A DNA stretch of 64,000 bases, from the NCBI GenBank assembly GCA_030704615.1, contig CM060733.1, forward strand, positions 74,090,001-74,154,000, given 5' to 3'. A program made the position numbers and the translations under genes. Below the pieces are notes generated by a model that was not told where the DNA came from, did not search any database, and saw only the letters and a program-made list of their open reading frames with translations. Positions 10,901 through 23,668 of this stretch are shown piece by piece (positions within the stretch are counted from its first letter, which is position 1; the number at the start of each line of letters is the position of its first letter). Origin of the DNA: Takakia lepidozioides (lineage: Eukaryota > Plantae > Bryophyta).

Positions 10901-13090
10901 GTCTGGCGGAATTGTTGACGAGTCTGAGAAAGATCTGCACGCGAAAGCAGAAGAGAAGAGAAAGGAAAGACGTGTCCCTGCTCGGCCAGAGTCGGCAAAG
11001 GAAGCTGCTGCTCTGGAACAATCTAGAAAGGCAGCTGAAATGGCACAGAAGACGGTGGATGCAGCTGTGCAGGCTCAACAGAAGGGGTCGAAGAAGCGGA
11101 CTCGGCAGCAAGGAGCAGCAGTTGTGACACCCAAGAAAACGAAGAAGCAGAAACAGATAGTGCAGGTAGAGGGTGAGGAAGAGGACTCCGATGGAGACTT
11201 TGCAACCAGCCCACCCCCCGAGACGGAGCCAAAATCCCCTGTGCCCACCGTTGTCACGAGAGGGATGAGAACTGGCTCGGCAAAGAAGACACTCTTCAAC
11301 CCCCCGGGGGGGCACCCTTTCGAGCCGGTGGAAATGAAGAGGCCAAAAGTGGATCCCGATACAGTAGTCCAGTGTGTCAATGAGAGTTTCTTGGCGGCTT
11401 TGGATGGATGGGCAGCCAAGTTGGCATACATGAAGACCATGGAGGGTCTGAAGGGCAGAGCACTGAAGAAGGCGGCTGCCAAAGAGCCTTCCGACACCCC
11501 CGGGTTTCTGAAGATGGTCTCGTTCCTTGAGAGGGTGTGTGCAGACAAGGATTGCAGGAGGGGTGGAAATGCCACTGATTGGTCTTGCGATATGATCATC
11601 TTGGATATTCCAGACGGAGAGCCTGTGGAAGGACTGCAAGCTTTGCCATCTTGGAACAGGTACTCCGAGGACTTTTGAAAGAAAGGATTCGGGCTCGCCC
11701 GCATGGTGTTGGACGACAGAGGCTGTGTGGTTGTCCTGGCGAGCAGAGGCAAAAACACGCAGACAGGAATTGCGAAGTGGACCCGCAAGAGCGCCGTCCC
11801 AATTCTGAAGAAGAAGTGGACGTGCATCAACACATTGGGCCTTCGGTCGGAAGGGAAGAAGGTAATTACGACCTTGGCACTCGTCCTTTCATTTTCTTAG
11901 GAGTCTTGAAATGCGGTGCCGCATTCGATTTCTAATCGTCCCCCACTGTGTATGCAGACGAAGCAGTTTGATGCATACTGCTTTGTGAAGGAGAACTCCA
12001 CCTTTGCTTTCCGGAAGGAGGGATTGTTGGTTGACCCGAACTGGGACCCCATCGATTACGACGTCTTGTTCAACAACGTTCCCACAGAACTTCTCCCTCA
12101 TAGCCTCACTTCAACTAAACCCCTGCGGTATTCACGCACTCGGAGCCCTGCCTTCATTCAGACAATTATGGAGACATGCACTGACGTGGAGGGCACAGTG
12201 CTCGACCTCATCTGTGGGACAGGTATGCAGAATCTTGTTGTATGCTTTTCTGCAAACTCTCGTTATGCTTTCATTCGCAACATCTGAAGGGCCATGTCAT
12301 AATGTGTGGATGGCATTGTAAAAGGTGCCTCAATGTGGGCTGGGCGGTTTTCCGACCGGCACCTCTTTGCCTACGAGGAGGACACAGGCGTCTGGGGATC
12401 CCATCTAGAAAGGCTGCAACGGAATGTGAAGGCTCCCATCGAAGTCAAAGACTCCTCGGATTCGTCGGAGTCGGAGGAAGAGACAGTGGACATTGATGCC
12501 GAGGAGAACCCGGAATACGAGTGAGTGCAAACATTGTAAGTTTGCAAAGCCTTCTGTGTGATTTTTTGTCAAACGCATATCCGGACTGTGGTTCTCATTG
12601 GTCTCGTTGGTGATTGTTATATGCAGGATTGGAGGATCCGGGTCGAAACATGTAAGGCCTACACTTCCTGCCAGGAAGAATGTCCCGTTCTTTGCGAGGG
12701 CCGACTTCATGACGAGCCCGGTGAAGGACTACTCCCTTCCTAGTTATGCAGCTAAACGCAAATACAACGATTAGACGATGTGAGAATCCCAGTAAAGTAG
12801 AGCAAATTTTGGAGAGGGCTAGGGAGGACAGAAGGATAAGGAAAGAGTTGGCAACAGCTGAGGCAGGTAGACGGGTGCGAAAGTTCATATGTGATTCAGC
12901 GGATGAGAGCGCAGACAGGGAGGACGACGAGCCAACGGAGGTGAGATGGTCGGTTCCGCAAGGTGAAGATGGGATTTTCGAAAGCCTGTCCAACGAGCAG
13001 TCCGCTGGAGATGAGAAAGGCAATGACGGGGTGGAGGCGGAGCATGACAGTCAAGGACAGGACGACAGTAGTGATGATTTTCAAGATTAA
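7992..13090 (+). pseudogene. Family A ParB/Srx-like plus beta-class amino-methyltransferase-like fusion gene (about 10 exons)
   Basis: Approximate exons 7992?-8075, ~8181-9406 (MFFVWDGNHRLLAW), 9519-9708, 9809-10093, 10175-10294, 10378-10595, 10742-11861 (MIILDIPDG; RMVLDDRGCVVV), 11958-12222 (RSPAFIQTIMETCTDVEGTVLDLICGTG), 12325-12520, 12627-13090; GT-AG introns; premature stops at 8541 and 11676 (TGG in other copies); frameshift near 12757; start codon uncertain. Confidence 0.8.
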
Positions 13091-13224
13091 TACAATTTTA
13101 ATGAACTCTCTGTACATTTAAATTCAATTCCAGAGTATATAAAGGGAATTCTCCCCGTCCTTCATGTCCCCTCTCCCATGTGCTTCTAAACGACAACATC
13201 GTCTAAACCTGGTCCCTCCCAAAA

Positions 13225-14230
13225 TCTGAAATGTGGCACCTCATTTCAATGTCTGAACGGAAATGTGGCAACTGCAAAAACCTCCTTTGGAAATGCGGCA
13301 CCGCATTTCCAAAACCGGTGCAGGAAAAAATTTCCGTTTCATGGTTTGGACATCAGAAACTGTTCGGACAAACGGAAATGCGGTGCCGTATTTCCGTTTC
13401 CGACACGGCAGTTGCTGATTGCCAGCTCCTTCCATGGATGTAAATCAAAATGCGGAGGTCGAACATGGAAATGCGGTGCCGCATTTACCTTTTCGAGATG
13501 GACATTTTTCCAACTGCAGACCCATCGACGTTCTTGGGCTCCCCATTCCATTGCTAGACGGGAATGCGGCACCGCATTCCATTGTCCAATAAGAAATTTC
13601 GGGACATCGTTGTTTGCCCAATTCCAGACCCTTTCATGGAAATGCGGCACCGCATTCCATCGTCCTATAAAAACTTACATTGTCCTGTAAAAACTTTCAA
13701 TTGCCCGACATGGGAAATGCGGCGCCGCATTTCCAAAACAGCCATCATTGTTTGTCCAATTCCACACCCGTGTGGGCATTCCGTCTTGATGGACGGAAAT
13801 GCGGCACCGCATTCCATTGTCCAATACGATATTTTGATGACGAACATGTAAATGCGGTGCCGCATTTCCAGAACTTCCATCGTTGTTTGTCCAATTCCAG
13901 ACCCTTCGACGGAAATGCGGCACCGCATTCCATTGTGCTCTCCGGAAATGCTGTGCCGCATTTCATTGTCCGATACAAAATTTCGATGATGGACATGGAA
14001 ATGCGGTGCCGCATTTCAAGTATGGACATGGACAAGCATTAGCGACTGGACATGCTTGGATAGTTCAAGGTCGAATATGGAAATGCGGCGCTGCATTTCA
14101 AATTCGAAGTATGGTAATGCCATGTCAGGAAATGAAATGTTGTACAGCATTTCCGTTACGACGACAACGGAGGAAAGGGAGCTGCCAGAAATCGCTGCAT
14201 GGAGAAAAATGAATTGCGCTGCCGAATTTC
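13225..14230. repeat. Downstream family A palindrome array
   Basis: About 17 GGAAATGCGG-YR-CCGCATT copies; homologous to 43030-44060 and 59325-59773. Confidence 0.9.
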
Positions 14231-14240
14231 CGAGCTGCGG

Positions 14241-14966
14241 TGTCGCGCACCTCACTTCGGTAAGCTCCCCTTCAAGTCATAGATACTCGCTTCGATGCGC
14301 GCGTCTGACTCCCAACCTGGCCGCCCGGGCCAACTTGGAGCTTCGGCTGCTCACCGGGGCATAACGGTCCCCCTTCGCTTCCCACTAAACCCTCCATCTA
14401 TTTGGGACTAGGAGAATTCCCTTTGGTAGATGGCAGTCCGGAACAGCTCCCCACTCTTTGGTCGCTTTCCGGCTCGCTCGCTTACTCACTAGTTTTTGGT
14501 CACCAACGGGCTTGCACCGTTCTCGGGTTTACTACTCCCTATATATACTTCTGTAGCTGTCCACGGGGGTTTCACAACCAGCCATGCCATTTTATGGCGA
14601 ACCACCACGAAAACCCTCGACTCCCGGTGATGAGTCGCGGTGAGTCTTGGCCCGCTCACCACGGCCCCTATGGACCGTGATGAGTCCCAAGACTCCCCAC
14701 GACTCCCACCACGAGGTCTCCGCCCCCATGGTGAGTCCTATGCCACCCCCACTAAGTCCCGCTAAGCTACCACCACCCCTTGTGGAGCCACCCCCACCGC
14801 AACCCGGTGTGCGGGGCTCCACCTAGTGAGTGCCTCCGCTTCCCTGAGTGCCTTGGGCACTCAAGGGTGCTTCAGCCCCCCATACCTATCGCTGCCGCTG
14901 CCCCCACCATAGGGACAGCCCCTCATGTGTCCCGACCCCCTGCCCTCAAGGCAAAGGGCCGCGACA
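14241..14966 (-). mobile_element. 3' LTR of a chromovirus inserted in element A1
   Basis: TGTCGCGCACC...GGCCGCGACA followed by the PPT complement; left flank TGCGG pairs with TTCGG (reverse complement of 49640-49644). Confidence 0.9.
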
Positions 14967-15638
14967 CACACCCCTACCAACAGGGAGTCGATGTCCTCAT
15001 CGACTTGTTCATTTTGTAGAAACGAACATCCAAGTTGTGGCGTCCCACATCAAGGAGTTTGTTTCCGTACCATGGCGTCCCATGGCAAAGAACCAAACCC
15101 CACACTTGACTCTACTCTCCACTAGCTAGTTCGGCCGACTTCCTCCAAGTCCCGGCCAAGGGTGGAGCCTCTCCAGCTCCTCCCAGTGCACTCTTCTTGG
15201 CCTACTTCAAGGCCAAGGAACGATCCTCCCCAAGGATCAAATCGCCTTACTGCAACAACATTGCTTGCGACCGCTCATGATGCCGCTTTTGGCATCACCT
15301 TGAGCAAGGGTTCACCTGGAACCCTCTTTGACTAGGAAGATAACCTTGAACAAACCGTGCGCTCCAATCACTACAATTGGGTCCGCCTTGGAATGCTGGC
15401 CTGAGGTACGGGAACACGCCGAAGCCGCACTACGGCTTCGTCCCGAGGCTACACGATTATAGTACGTGAATGGAAGCACGTAGCTTCCGCGTTAACCCGC
15501 ACTACAAGGCAACCCCCTCGGTAGCGCAGTTATAGTACGCGCACGCGCCAGGTGCGCACTAGCACGTGAACTCCCAAAGAAGGCGCAAGTTTCCTTGCCC
15601 CTTGGATGGGGGTCACCCGATTTTGGCACTACGCAAAC
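14967..15638 (-). mobile_element. Chromovirus PPT and 3' UTR, interrupted by element C
   Basis: Matches 41204-41848; ends at CTACGCAAAC. Confidence 0.9.
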
Positions 15639-15740
15639 CAGCGTAGCTACGGCGTGAGCCCAGCCCCGTGAGCCTGGGAGCTGAGCTCACGTTGAAGCTG
15701 CAAAGCGTGAGCTGAGCTCACACTTCAGGGAAGCGTGAGC
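15639..15740 (+). mobile_element. Terminus of Mutator-like element C (transposase side)
   Basis: CAGCGTAGCTACGGCGTGAGC aligns in register with the other termini and is followed by GTGAGC repeats; the 10-bp flank matches the flank at 51178-51187. Confidence 0.65.
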
Positions 15741-16057
15741 GGCACAAATCTGCTGGAGAAGCAGGTCCTATAGGCGAGGATTGCAGGAAGAGGGCCTATT
15801 ACTGTGGACAAAACAAAGGGGGCCACCATGCACCGTGTCTGCAATGCCTGCACAAAAAGAGGAATATGAAAATATGGCAGATTTGAGCTCAGAATGATTG
15901 ACACACTTTATTTGAATTCACAGATAGACGCTTACAATGAATGGCATGTGCATTTGCCCTGGTTCCGTGAACGAAATGTATGTGTTTGTCATAAATGCAA
16001 AGTCTTCACACGGTAACCTGGAAACCAGCATGGGAAGCGGGCATGGCTCGTATGTGT

Positions 16058-17270
16058 TCAAAGAGAATTTGGCGGAGCCCCACGTGAGGTGTCCCGCTGC
16101 AGAAGGGTGATGACTTCTCCGTAGCCTAGTGTGGCTTGGTGAATGAATTGGTCTCTCTTACCGTCGCAACACATAATTACAAGGTATATGTAATATTGAT
16201 GCTTGCAGAGGATCCACTTCCCTCTCATGCCGAGAGCGCCCTCACGCATCGTTACAAAATCCGGACAAGTGCATTTAGGGAAATTCCCCACGGTAACCTG
16301 ATATTCTTTGCCATGAAGAATTGAGCCAATAGACAGCACTGTGTAAATCCGTCCATACCCCGGGGCAGGGACTTCGGTGATACGAGTCACCCGAGCCTGC
16401 AAAATTCTAGCCGATTCCATCTTGCATTTGTGATCTGCACGCGATTCGTCATCAGCCGATTAGTGCTGTTTCTCAGCCGAGGGCAAGAAATATTCACGCA
16501 CTTGCAATGCCCAACGCAAACCAACCTTTGAAATTTCAATCCAATGTCGTTGTGGATGTTCGATGTTTTTGTCATGCACCAAGGGTGTCCGTCATGTTTC
16601 TTGTCCATGCCTTGCAGAAGCCTAGCCAGTCCACTGGAAGACGTGGGAGGGTTGAGCTCAAACAAGATGTCCCCATCAAACTTTGTTGGCACGTATTGAA
16701 CCCGCTGCACACGAAGGGACTCCCAATCAACAAAACGCAGCTCGCTCTTGCACCCAGGCACCCCTGCGAGGGCTTTCAATTTCGGAATGACACTCGTTAT
16801 CTCCTGCAATTCGTCATCATCCAAGATGGGAGTCTGCACTGGCGGAGGAATCTCAGAAACATCCTCCGAGGACGAGTCTGAAAGAGTCACGAATGTAGTG
16901 GATGTGCTCACCTCTTGTTTCACATGAACTGTGCCCTTCTGCTGCACGACTGATGCTGCAGTGCCGGGGTAACTACTGATCCTGCTGATTGTCTTCTCTC
17001 TTTTCCAAGGACACAGGATGTGCCTGGAAGGACTCTCCACTTCCTTCCACACTCGCCAACCAATGGTTTCTCCAAGTGCCCAGAATCCAAATTCCCATCC
17101 TCGTCATACACCTCTTTTTGAACAAGCAGAGAACCCAATTCCAGCGGGAACACTGTAACCAGCTCATCCTCATGAACAACTGCAAACCCATTGTCGTCTG
17201 TAGTGGTAGTCAGTGGAAGACTACCTGCATTGGAATGAAATCGAGCGAGTCTATCTTGCTCCCTCGACAT
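16058..17270 (-). pseudogene. Family C transposase remnant: GCM-like N-terminal half joined to SWIM, DDE core deleted
   Basis: GMDKKHDGHPWCMTKTSN..CVGHCKC..C runs directly into CTCPDF..CKHQYYIY (SWIM); frameshifts. Confidence 0.8.
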
Positions 17271-17629
17271 GTTTTCCTCCACTGACCAAAAATTGCGATT
17301 CACAACGGAATCCCCGAACTGATAGCCCGTAATTCTCGAAAGGGGATCCACCACAAACAAACTGAGGTCAATAAGGTTAGCACTAACCCAAAGACTGTGG
17401 GCGATGCCTGCAAAGGATGTAGGAATGACATGCACCGAACTTCGCAGACAACCACACTGAGAGACACCAACCAGAAAAACTGTTTAGGGTGACAAGAAGC
17501 CACAAGAAGCCGTGTTGTATTTGGATGAAAAACAAACCCTAAACATGACATGAAACCATCAATTATGGAAAGACGACAACAACCCTAGAGAGCAATAAAC
17601 AGGAAGACCCCGAATGTAATGAGGTTGTG

Positions 17630-20290
17630 TTGTGCACCTTGTCATTGTTTTTTTCATTTGGAATCGGCCTCATAGGGTATCTCTTTGAGCTTCAATGCAC
17701 ACTTACCTGGCAGCTCTAGCAGTGTGCGTCAACGCACACTGTTTGAGCCCACCTTGTCATTGTTTTTTTCATTTGGAAATCGGCCTCATAGGGCATCTCT
17801 TTGTTGTTCAATGCACACTTACCTGGCAGCTCCAGCAGTGTGCGTCAACGCACACTATTTGAGCCCACCTTGTCATTGTTTTTTTTCATGTGAAAATGGG
17901 CCACATAGGGCATCTCTTTGAGCTTCAATGCACACTTACGTGGTAGCTCCAGCAGCGTGCGTCAATGCACACTGTTTGAGCCCACCATGTCATTATATTT
18001 TTAATCTGAAGATCGGCCACATAGGGCATCTCTTTGAGCTTCAATGCACACTTACGTCTCAGCTCAAATAGTGTGCGTCAACGCACACTGTTTGAGCCCA
18101 ACTTGTCATTGTTTTTTTCATGTGAAAATTGGCCACATAGGGCATGTATTTGAGGTTCAATGCAGACTTACCTGGCAGCTCAAACAGTGTGCGTCAACGC
18201 ACACTATTCCAGCCCACCATGTCATTGTTTTTTTTTATATGAAAATCGGCCACATGGGGCATCTCTTTGAGCCTCAATACACACTTACGTGGCAGCTCAA
18301 ACAGTGTGCGTCAACGCACACTGTTTGACCCCAACATGTCTTTATTTTTTTCATGTGAAAATCGACCACATAGGGCATGTATTTGAGGTTCAATGCAGAC
18401 TAACGTGGCAGCTCAAACAGTGTGCGTCAACGCACACTGTTGCAGCCATCCATGTTTTTTTTATTTTTTTATTTTTTTTATAGAAAATCGGCCACATAGG
18501 GCATCTCTTTGAGCTTCAATGCACACTTACAAGGCAGCTCCAGCAGTGTGCGTCAACGCACACTGTTTGAGCACACCATGTAATTATTTTTTTAATCTGA
18601 AAATCGGCCACATAAGGCATCTCTTTGAGCTTCAATGCACACTTACGTGGCAGCTCAAATAGTGTGCGTCAACGCACACTGTTTGAGCCCAACTTGTCAT
18701 TGTTTTTTTCATGTGAAAATCGGCCACATAGGGCATGTATTTGAGGTTCAATGCAGACTTACCTGGCAGCTCAAAGAGTGTGCGTCAATGCACACTGTTC
18801 TAGCCCACCATGTCATTGTTTTTTTTATCTGAAAATAGGCCACATAGGGCATGTCTTTGAGCTTCAATACACACTTACGTGGCAGCTCAAACAGTGTGCG
18901 TCAACGCACACTGTTTGAGCCCAACTTGTCATTGTTTTTTTCATGTGAAAATTGGCCACATAGGGCATGTATTTGAGGTTCAATGTAGACTTACCTGGCA
19001 GCTCAAATAGTGTGCGTCAACGCACACTGTTCCAGCCAACCATGTTTTTTTTTTTTTAATAAAAATCGGCCACATAGGGCATCTCTTTGAGCTTTAATGC
19101 ACACTTACGTGGCAGCTCCAGCAGTGTGCGTCAACGCACACTGTTCGAGTCCACCATGTCATTTTTTTTTTTAATCTGAAAATCGGCCACATAGGGCATC
19201 TCTTTGAGCTTCAATGCACACTTACGTGGCAGCTCAAATAGTGTGCGTCAACGCACATTGTTTGAGCCCAACTTGTCATTGTTTTTTTCATTTGAAAATC
19301 GGCCACATAGGGCATGTATTTGAGGTTCAATGCAGACTTACCTAGCAGCTCAAAGAGTGTGCGTCAATGCACACTGTTCCAGCCCACCATGTCATTGTTT
19401 TTTTTATCTGAAAATAGGCCACATAGGGCATGTCTTTGAGCTTCAATACACACTTACGTGGCAGCTCAAACAGTGTGCGTCAACGCACACTGTTTGAGCC
19501 AACTTGTCATTGTTTTTTTCACGTGAAAATCGGCCACATAGGGCATGTATTTGAGGTTCAATGCAGACTTACCTGGCAGCTCAAACAGTGTGCGTCAACG
19601 CACACTGTTCCAGCCCCCCATGTCATTGTTTTTTTTTTTCTGAAAATCGGCCACATAGGGCATCAATGCACACTTACCTGGCAGCTGGCATTTTAGAATC
19701 GACCACAAAGGTCATCTCTGTCAGGTTCAATTCACACTTACCTGGCAGCCCAAACGATGTGCGTCAAGGCACACGGTTTGAGCCCCCTGATTTGCTTGTT
19801 TATAGATATGGAAATTGTGCACCTACGGCTAGTCTGGCAAGTTCATTCGACTCCAAAATGGAAGCTCAAACAGTGTGCGCCGACGCACACTGTTTGAGCC
19901 CCCTTCACTGCCTTTTCTTTTATTTCAAATTGGCCACTTATGGCCACTATGCCATATTAAAATCACACCTTATTGCAAGCTCAAACAGTGTGCGGCAACG
20001 CACACTGTTTGAGCTTCCTTATGTGATTGATTTTGATGTGAAAATCGGTCTCCTGGGGCCACTTTGGCAGGTTGAATCCAACCTTTATTGGAAGCTCAAA
20101 CAGTGTGCGGCAACGCACACTGTTTGAGCTTCCTTATGTGATTGCTTTTGATTTGAAAATCGGTCCCCTGGGGCCACTCTGGCAGGTTGAATCCAACCCT
20201 TATTGGAGGCTCAAACAGTGTGCGGCAACGCACACTGTTTTGAGCCCCCTTTGTGCTTGTTTTTCTATGTGAAATTGGGCCTAACAGGGC
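17630..20290. repeat. ~116-117-bp tandem satellite (about 22 units), each unit centred on a 36-bp palindrome
   Basis: GCTCAAACAGTGTGCGT-CA-ACGCACACTGTTTGAGC; centres at 17729, 17845, 17962, 18078, 18194 and onward. Confidence 0.95.
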
Positions 20291-20329
20291 CAGTATGCAT
20301 GCTCAAAACTCCCATAGTTGTCAAAACTC

Positions 20330-22370
20330 CCATGGTATTTGGATTGCCCTCCTTCTGAGACCCCAGCTCAGGAGGTGTCTTTGAGGAGAGAGAATGAGCG
20401 TATAGCAGCCACCGCCGCAGCAGCCGACCTCGACATTCATGATAGAAATTTGAGGACTCTTGCAGAGAAGGAGCCTCCCGCTCAGGATACCCCGGGTAGA
20501 GGTAGAAAGGCAAAGGGAAAAGATGTTGCTGGTGGTGTGGGGAAAGGAAGGGGTAGGGGGCACAAGGGCAGGTAGGTGGGCAGGGAAGTGTTGCAGAACC
20601 TGGCCCTGTGGTGCATGTCCAGCAGACTCCACCGCATGGTAGGGGATCCGGGAGAAAGAACAAGGGGGTGGTTGATCCCAAGGACCCGTACCATGCAGTG
20701 GAACATCCCACGAGAGTCATTCGCCCTACTAGGTTGGAGATGGCCAACATCAGGTTCCTTGCCATGATGGAGTCCAGGAAATCTGATTACAAGGGCAAGC
20801 CATCACCAGTGTGGGAGAGGATTGTGGAGTTCCTTGGCACGGTGCGTGTTGTCTTTTGCTTCTTGTCTGTTGTGGGCATGGATCATTTCAATCCTCTTGA
20901 GCATTCCATTGTATTCTTGTTTGCAGGCTAAGATGACCAAATCCTGGGTGAACGGGAAGGAGAAGCCATATGCAGCCGAACTCATCATCTTGGACATCCC
21001 TGATGGGTTGCCAGTTCCGGATGTCCCTCCATCGGGTGCTTGTCCGGGTTGGAATGCTTTTGATGAGCGCTACTGGCGGTGGGTTTTCTCCTTTTGCAAT
21101 TTATATCTGTGCGATGCAGGTGTTTTGGTGCTCATCCAGTCCATCGACCTTCACTGTCGCCGTGCACTTGCCAGCTATTTGAAAGCCTCCGGTATGAGGG
21201 TCGTGAAGACATGGAATTGTGTGAACAACATGTACCTGATGAAGGGGGATCGTCCGGGAGAGATGGTAAATTTGCCTTCTTGTTCCTCTTCTTGCTGGTT
21301 CTCGGATGGAGTTGTATAGGTTGCTCAAACTCATATGTTGGGGCCTGGTTTTGGAGCTTCTTAGTTCCTCGTGCATGTCCTGTTCGCAGACTCGTTTGTT
21401 TGAAACTGTTTGTCTCGTCCGAGTGCATCCACCTACGACTCCGGCCATCATTCCGGAGTTTGCCATCACTCATGGGGGCAAGTTCATAGACGAGAGGACA
21501 GATCCTCCCACGGATGACATGCACCACAACTACGTCGATAGCAACGTGTGCTTGCGAAGGGGGAATGGGGTTCCTTGGAGAGGGGCGAGGGAGAAGAGCT
21601 CGGCTTTCATTCAAACAATTGTGGAGTGCTGCACCTACACAGACGCCAGAGTTCTGGATTTGTCAAAGGGCACAGGTTCGTCTCTTCAACATTCACATTT
21701 CATGAGGTTTTTGTTTGAGCTTGCACTTTCATAACTTCCCACCGTTCCAAATGTGTCTTCAATGTCTGTTTTCTTCATTCTGTTCCACTGCAGATGCTTT
21801 GTACCACGTTTGCAAGGCCAGTGCGCAACATCTCTTTGGGATTGAAGGGGATGCCGAGATTTACAAGAACCTCCTGATGGGTTTGGGTGGACACACTTCT
21901 CAAATCCTTCCGAAGCCCCTTCTCGGTGATATTGATACAAGGGAGACTTCCGACAAGGAGCTGGACTCTGACTTTGCCTGTGAGTAAGTTCAACCTGTGG
22001 ATGCTTGTATTGTTGTTTCAATATCCAGAATCACTGTTCTTGAGGCAAAGTGCACATGGGAAACATCCTCTTCGTTGGACTTGTGTATTGCATCATTGTG
22101 TTCAAAATGGGTTTTTGTCGATATGTGCAGGAGTCCGCGTGCTTCCACTACCCTCCAGGGCTATCACACCTATTTGGACTTCTTTCAAGTCCTCCTCGGT
22201 CTTATGTGCAACCTGTCTATGCGGAGGCACTCGCAACAAGCATGTCCATTCATGGCACTCGCTGTCCGCCCATTGACGGCCGTGGTAGAAGATGTGGTGT
22301 TGGGGCCAGAATCTTTGTGGATGACATAGCACAGGAGGTCGAGAGTGATTCTGATGACTGTGACACTTGA
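20330..22370 (+). pseudogene. Family C methyltransferase-like gene, 5'-truncated (ParB part absent)
   Basis: Starts at PWYLD (cf. CPWYLD in A); LIILDIPDG, WRWVFSFCNLYLCDAGVLV, REKSSAFIQTIVECCTYTDARVLDLSKGT; 3' introns at positions equivalent to A and B; stop at 20573. Confidence 0.8.
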
Positions 22371-22535
22371 TATGAAGTTTTCTTTTGGTTTTATTCGGGG
22401 CCAAATTTGAAATGGGATGGTTGTGTGTCCTTGTTGTCATGTTTGCAATGTGTGCGTGGGATGCAACTTCATGGGAACAAACTATTATTGGAGATAGAAA
22501 ATGTAATATTAGAGTTACTCATTGCGGACAGTAAG

Positions 22536-23440
22536 GATGAATTTCGGCGCCGAAATTGATCCATTTCAAAGAAAAATAAATATTGGAGGGAAGGCATTGG
22601 ATGAATTTCGGCGCCGAAATCCGGCGCTAAAACCCTGAAAAGAATTTGGAAGGATGAAGTCGGCTGAATTTCGGCGCCGAAATTCATTGCTCGCGAAGGA
22701 AAAAAAAAATTTCTGGAGGACTTCGGATGAATTTCGGCGCCGAAATTCATTGCTCGCGAAGGAAAAAAAAAAATTCGGGAGGACTCCGGATGAATTTCGG
22801 CGCCGAAATTCATTGCTCGCGAAGGAAAATAAAAAATATCTCCTGGACTTGGACTGAATTTCGGCGCCAAAATTCAATGCTCGCGAAGAAAAAATAAAAA
22901 TCGGGAGGATTTTGGTTGAATTTCGGCGCCGAAATTCATTGCTCTCGAAGAAAAAGGGAAATTAAAAGGGAGTACTTGGATGAGATTCGGCGCCAAAGTT
23001 CATCTGTCGCAAAGAAAAATAAAAACAGAAAGGACTTCCGATGAATTCTGGCACCGAAATCCATACGCAGGGCAGCAGAATTAGGGTCGGAAAAGGAGAT
23101 GAAGAATTAATTTCGGCGCCGAAATACATCCATTCTGCCGAATCGGGATTACTGTCATTCGGAAGTCGGCACCGATATCCGGACACGTGGTCAATCACGA
23201 CTGTAATCAGGAACACATTTATCCGTATTTTGGCATCTAAATTTCAACCCATATGTGCAGATACAATTTAATGAAGAAGAAGTTCATCCGAATTTCGGCA
23301 CCGAAATCCATCCGTTGGGTGCTTGGTCAGTTTAATGAGGTAAACAAATTACGATTTCTGTTGCCAGAATTCATCCCTTGGCTTCCAAAGCTGTTACATG
23401 ACAGAGATGTTCATCCAGATTTCGGTGCCGAAATTCATGG
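22536..23440. repeat. Family B palindrome array (GAATTTCGGCGCCGAAATTC), transposase-side half
   Basis: Perfect 16-20-bp palindrome in ~58-60-bp units at 22660-22950, more degenerate distally. Confidence 0.9.
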
Positions 23441-23668
23441 GAAGGCCTGATTTATTGTACCCCAAGCAGGCACCAAATATCCGATGTGAACTTGCTGTTT
23501 TCGTCCGTTTTTTTAACGTACGTTACACACCTTCATCTTTACGTACACTGATCACCCATCATGTTGGATACGGAATCCTCCAGAAAATCATTTGTGTTAT
23601 TAGGTAGGACACACTCTTCTCATTGCAGGACTTCGCTGCGGAGCGTACCGAGAGGTCCCGTCTTCAAA

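Noticed and set aside
12746-13090. Separate small acidic gene (also 57724-58341 and 22050-22370)
   Set aside because: More likely the last exon of the ParB-MTase gene, given the conserved GA|GTRAGT donor in three families and an in-phase acceptor in A; the phase is unresolved in B and C
13231-14212. Many ORFs with GNAAPHF / KCGTAF / EMRHRIS repeats (and FGAEI / FRRRN in the B arrays)
   Set aside because: These are translations of the palindrome in all six frames; there is no coding signal
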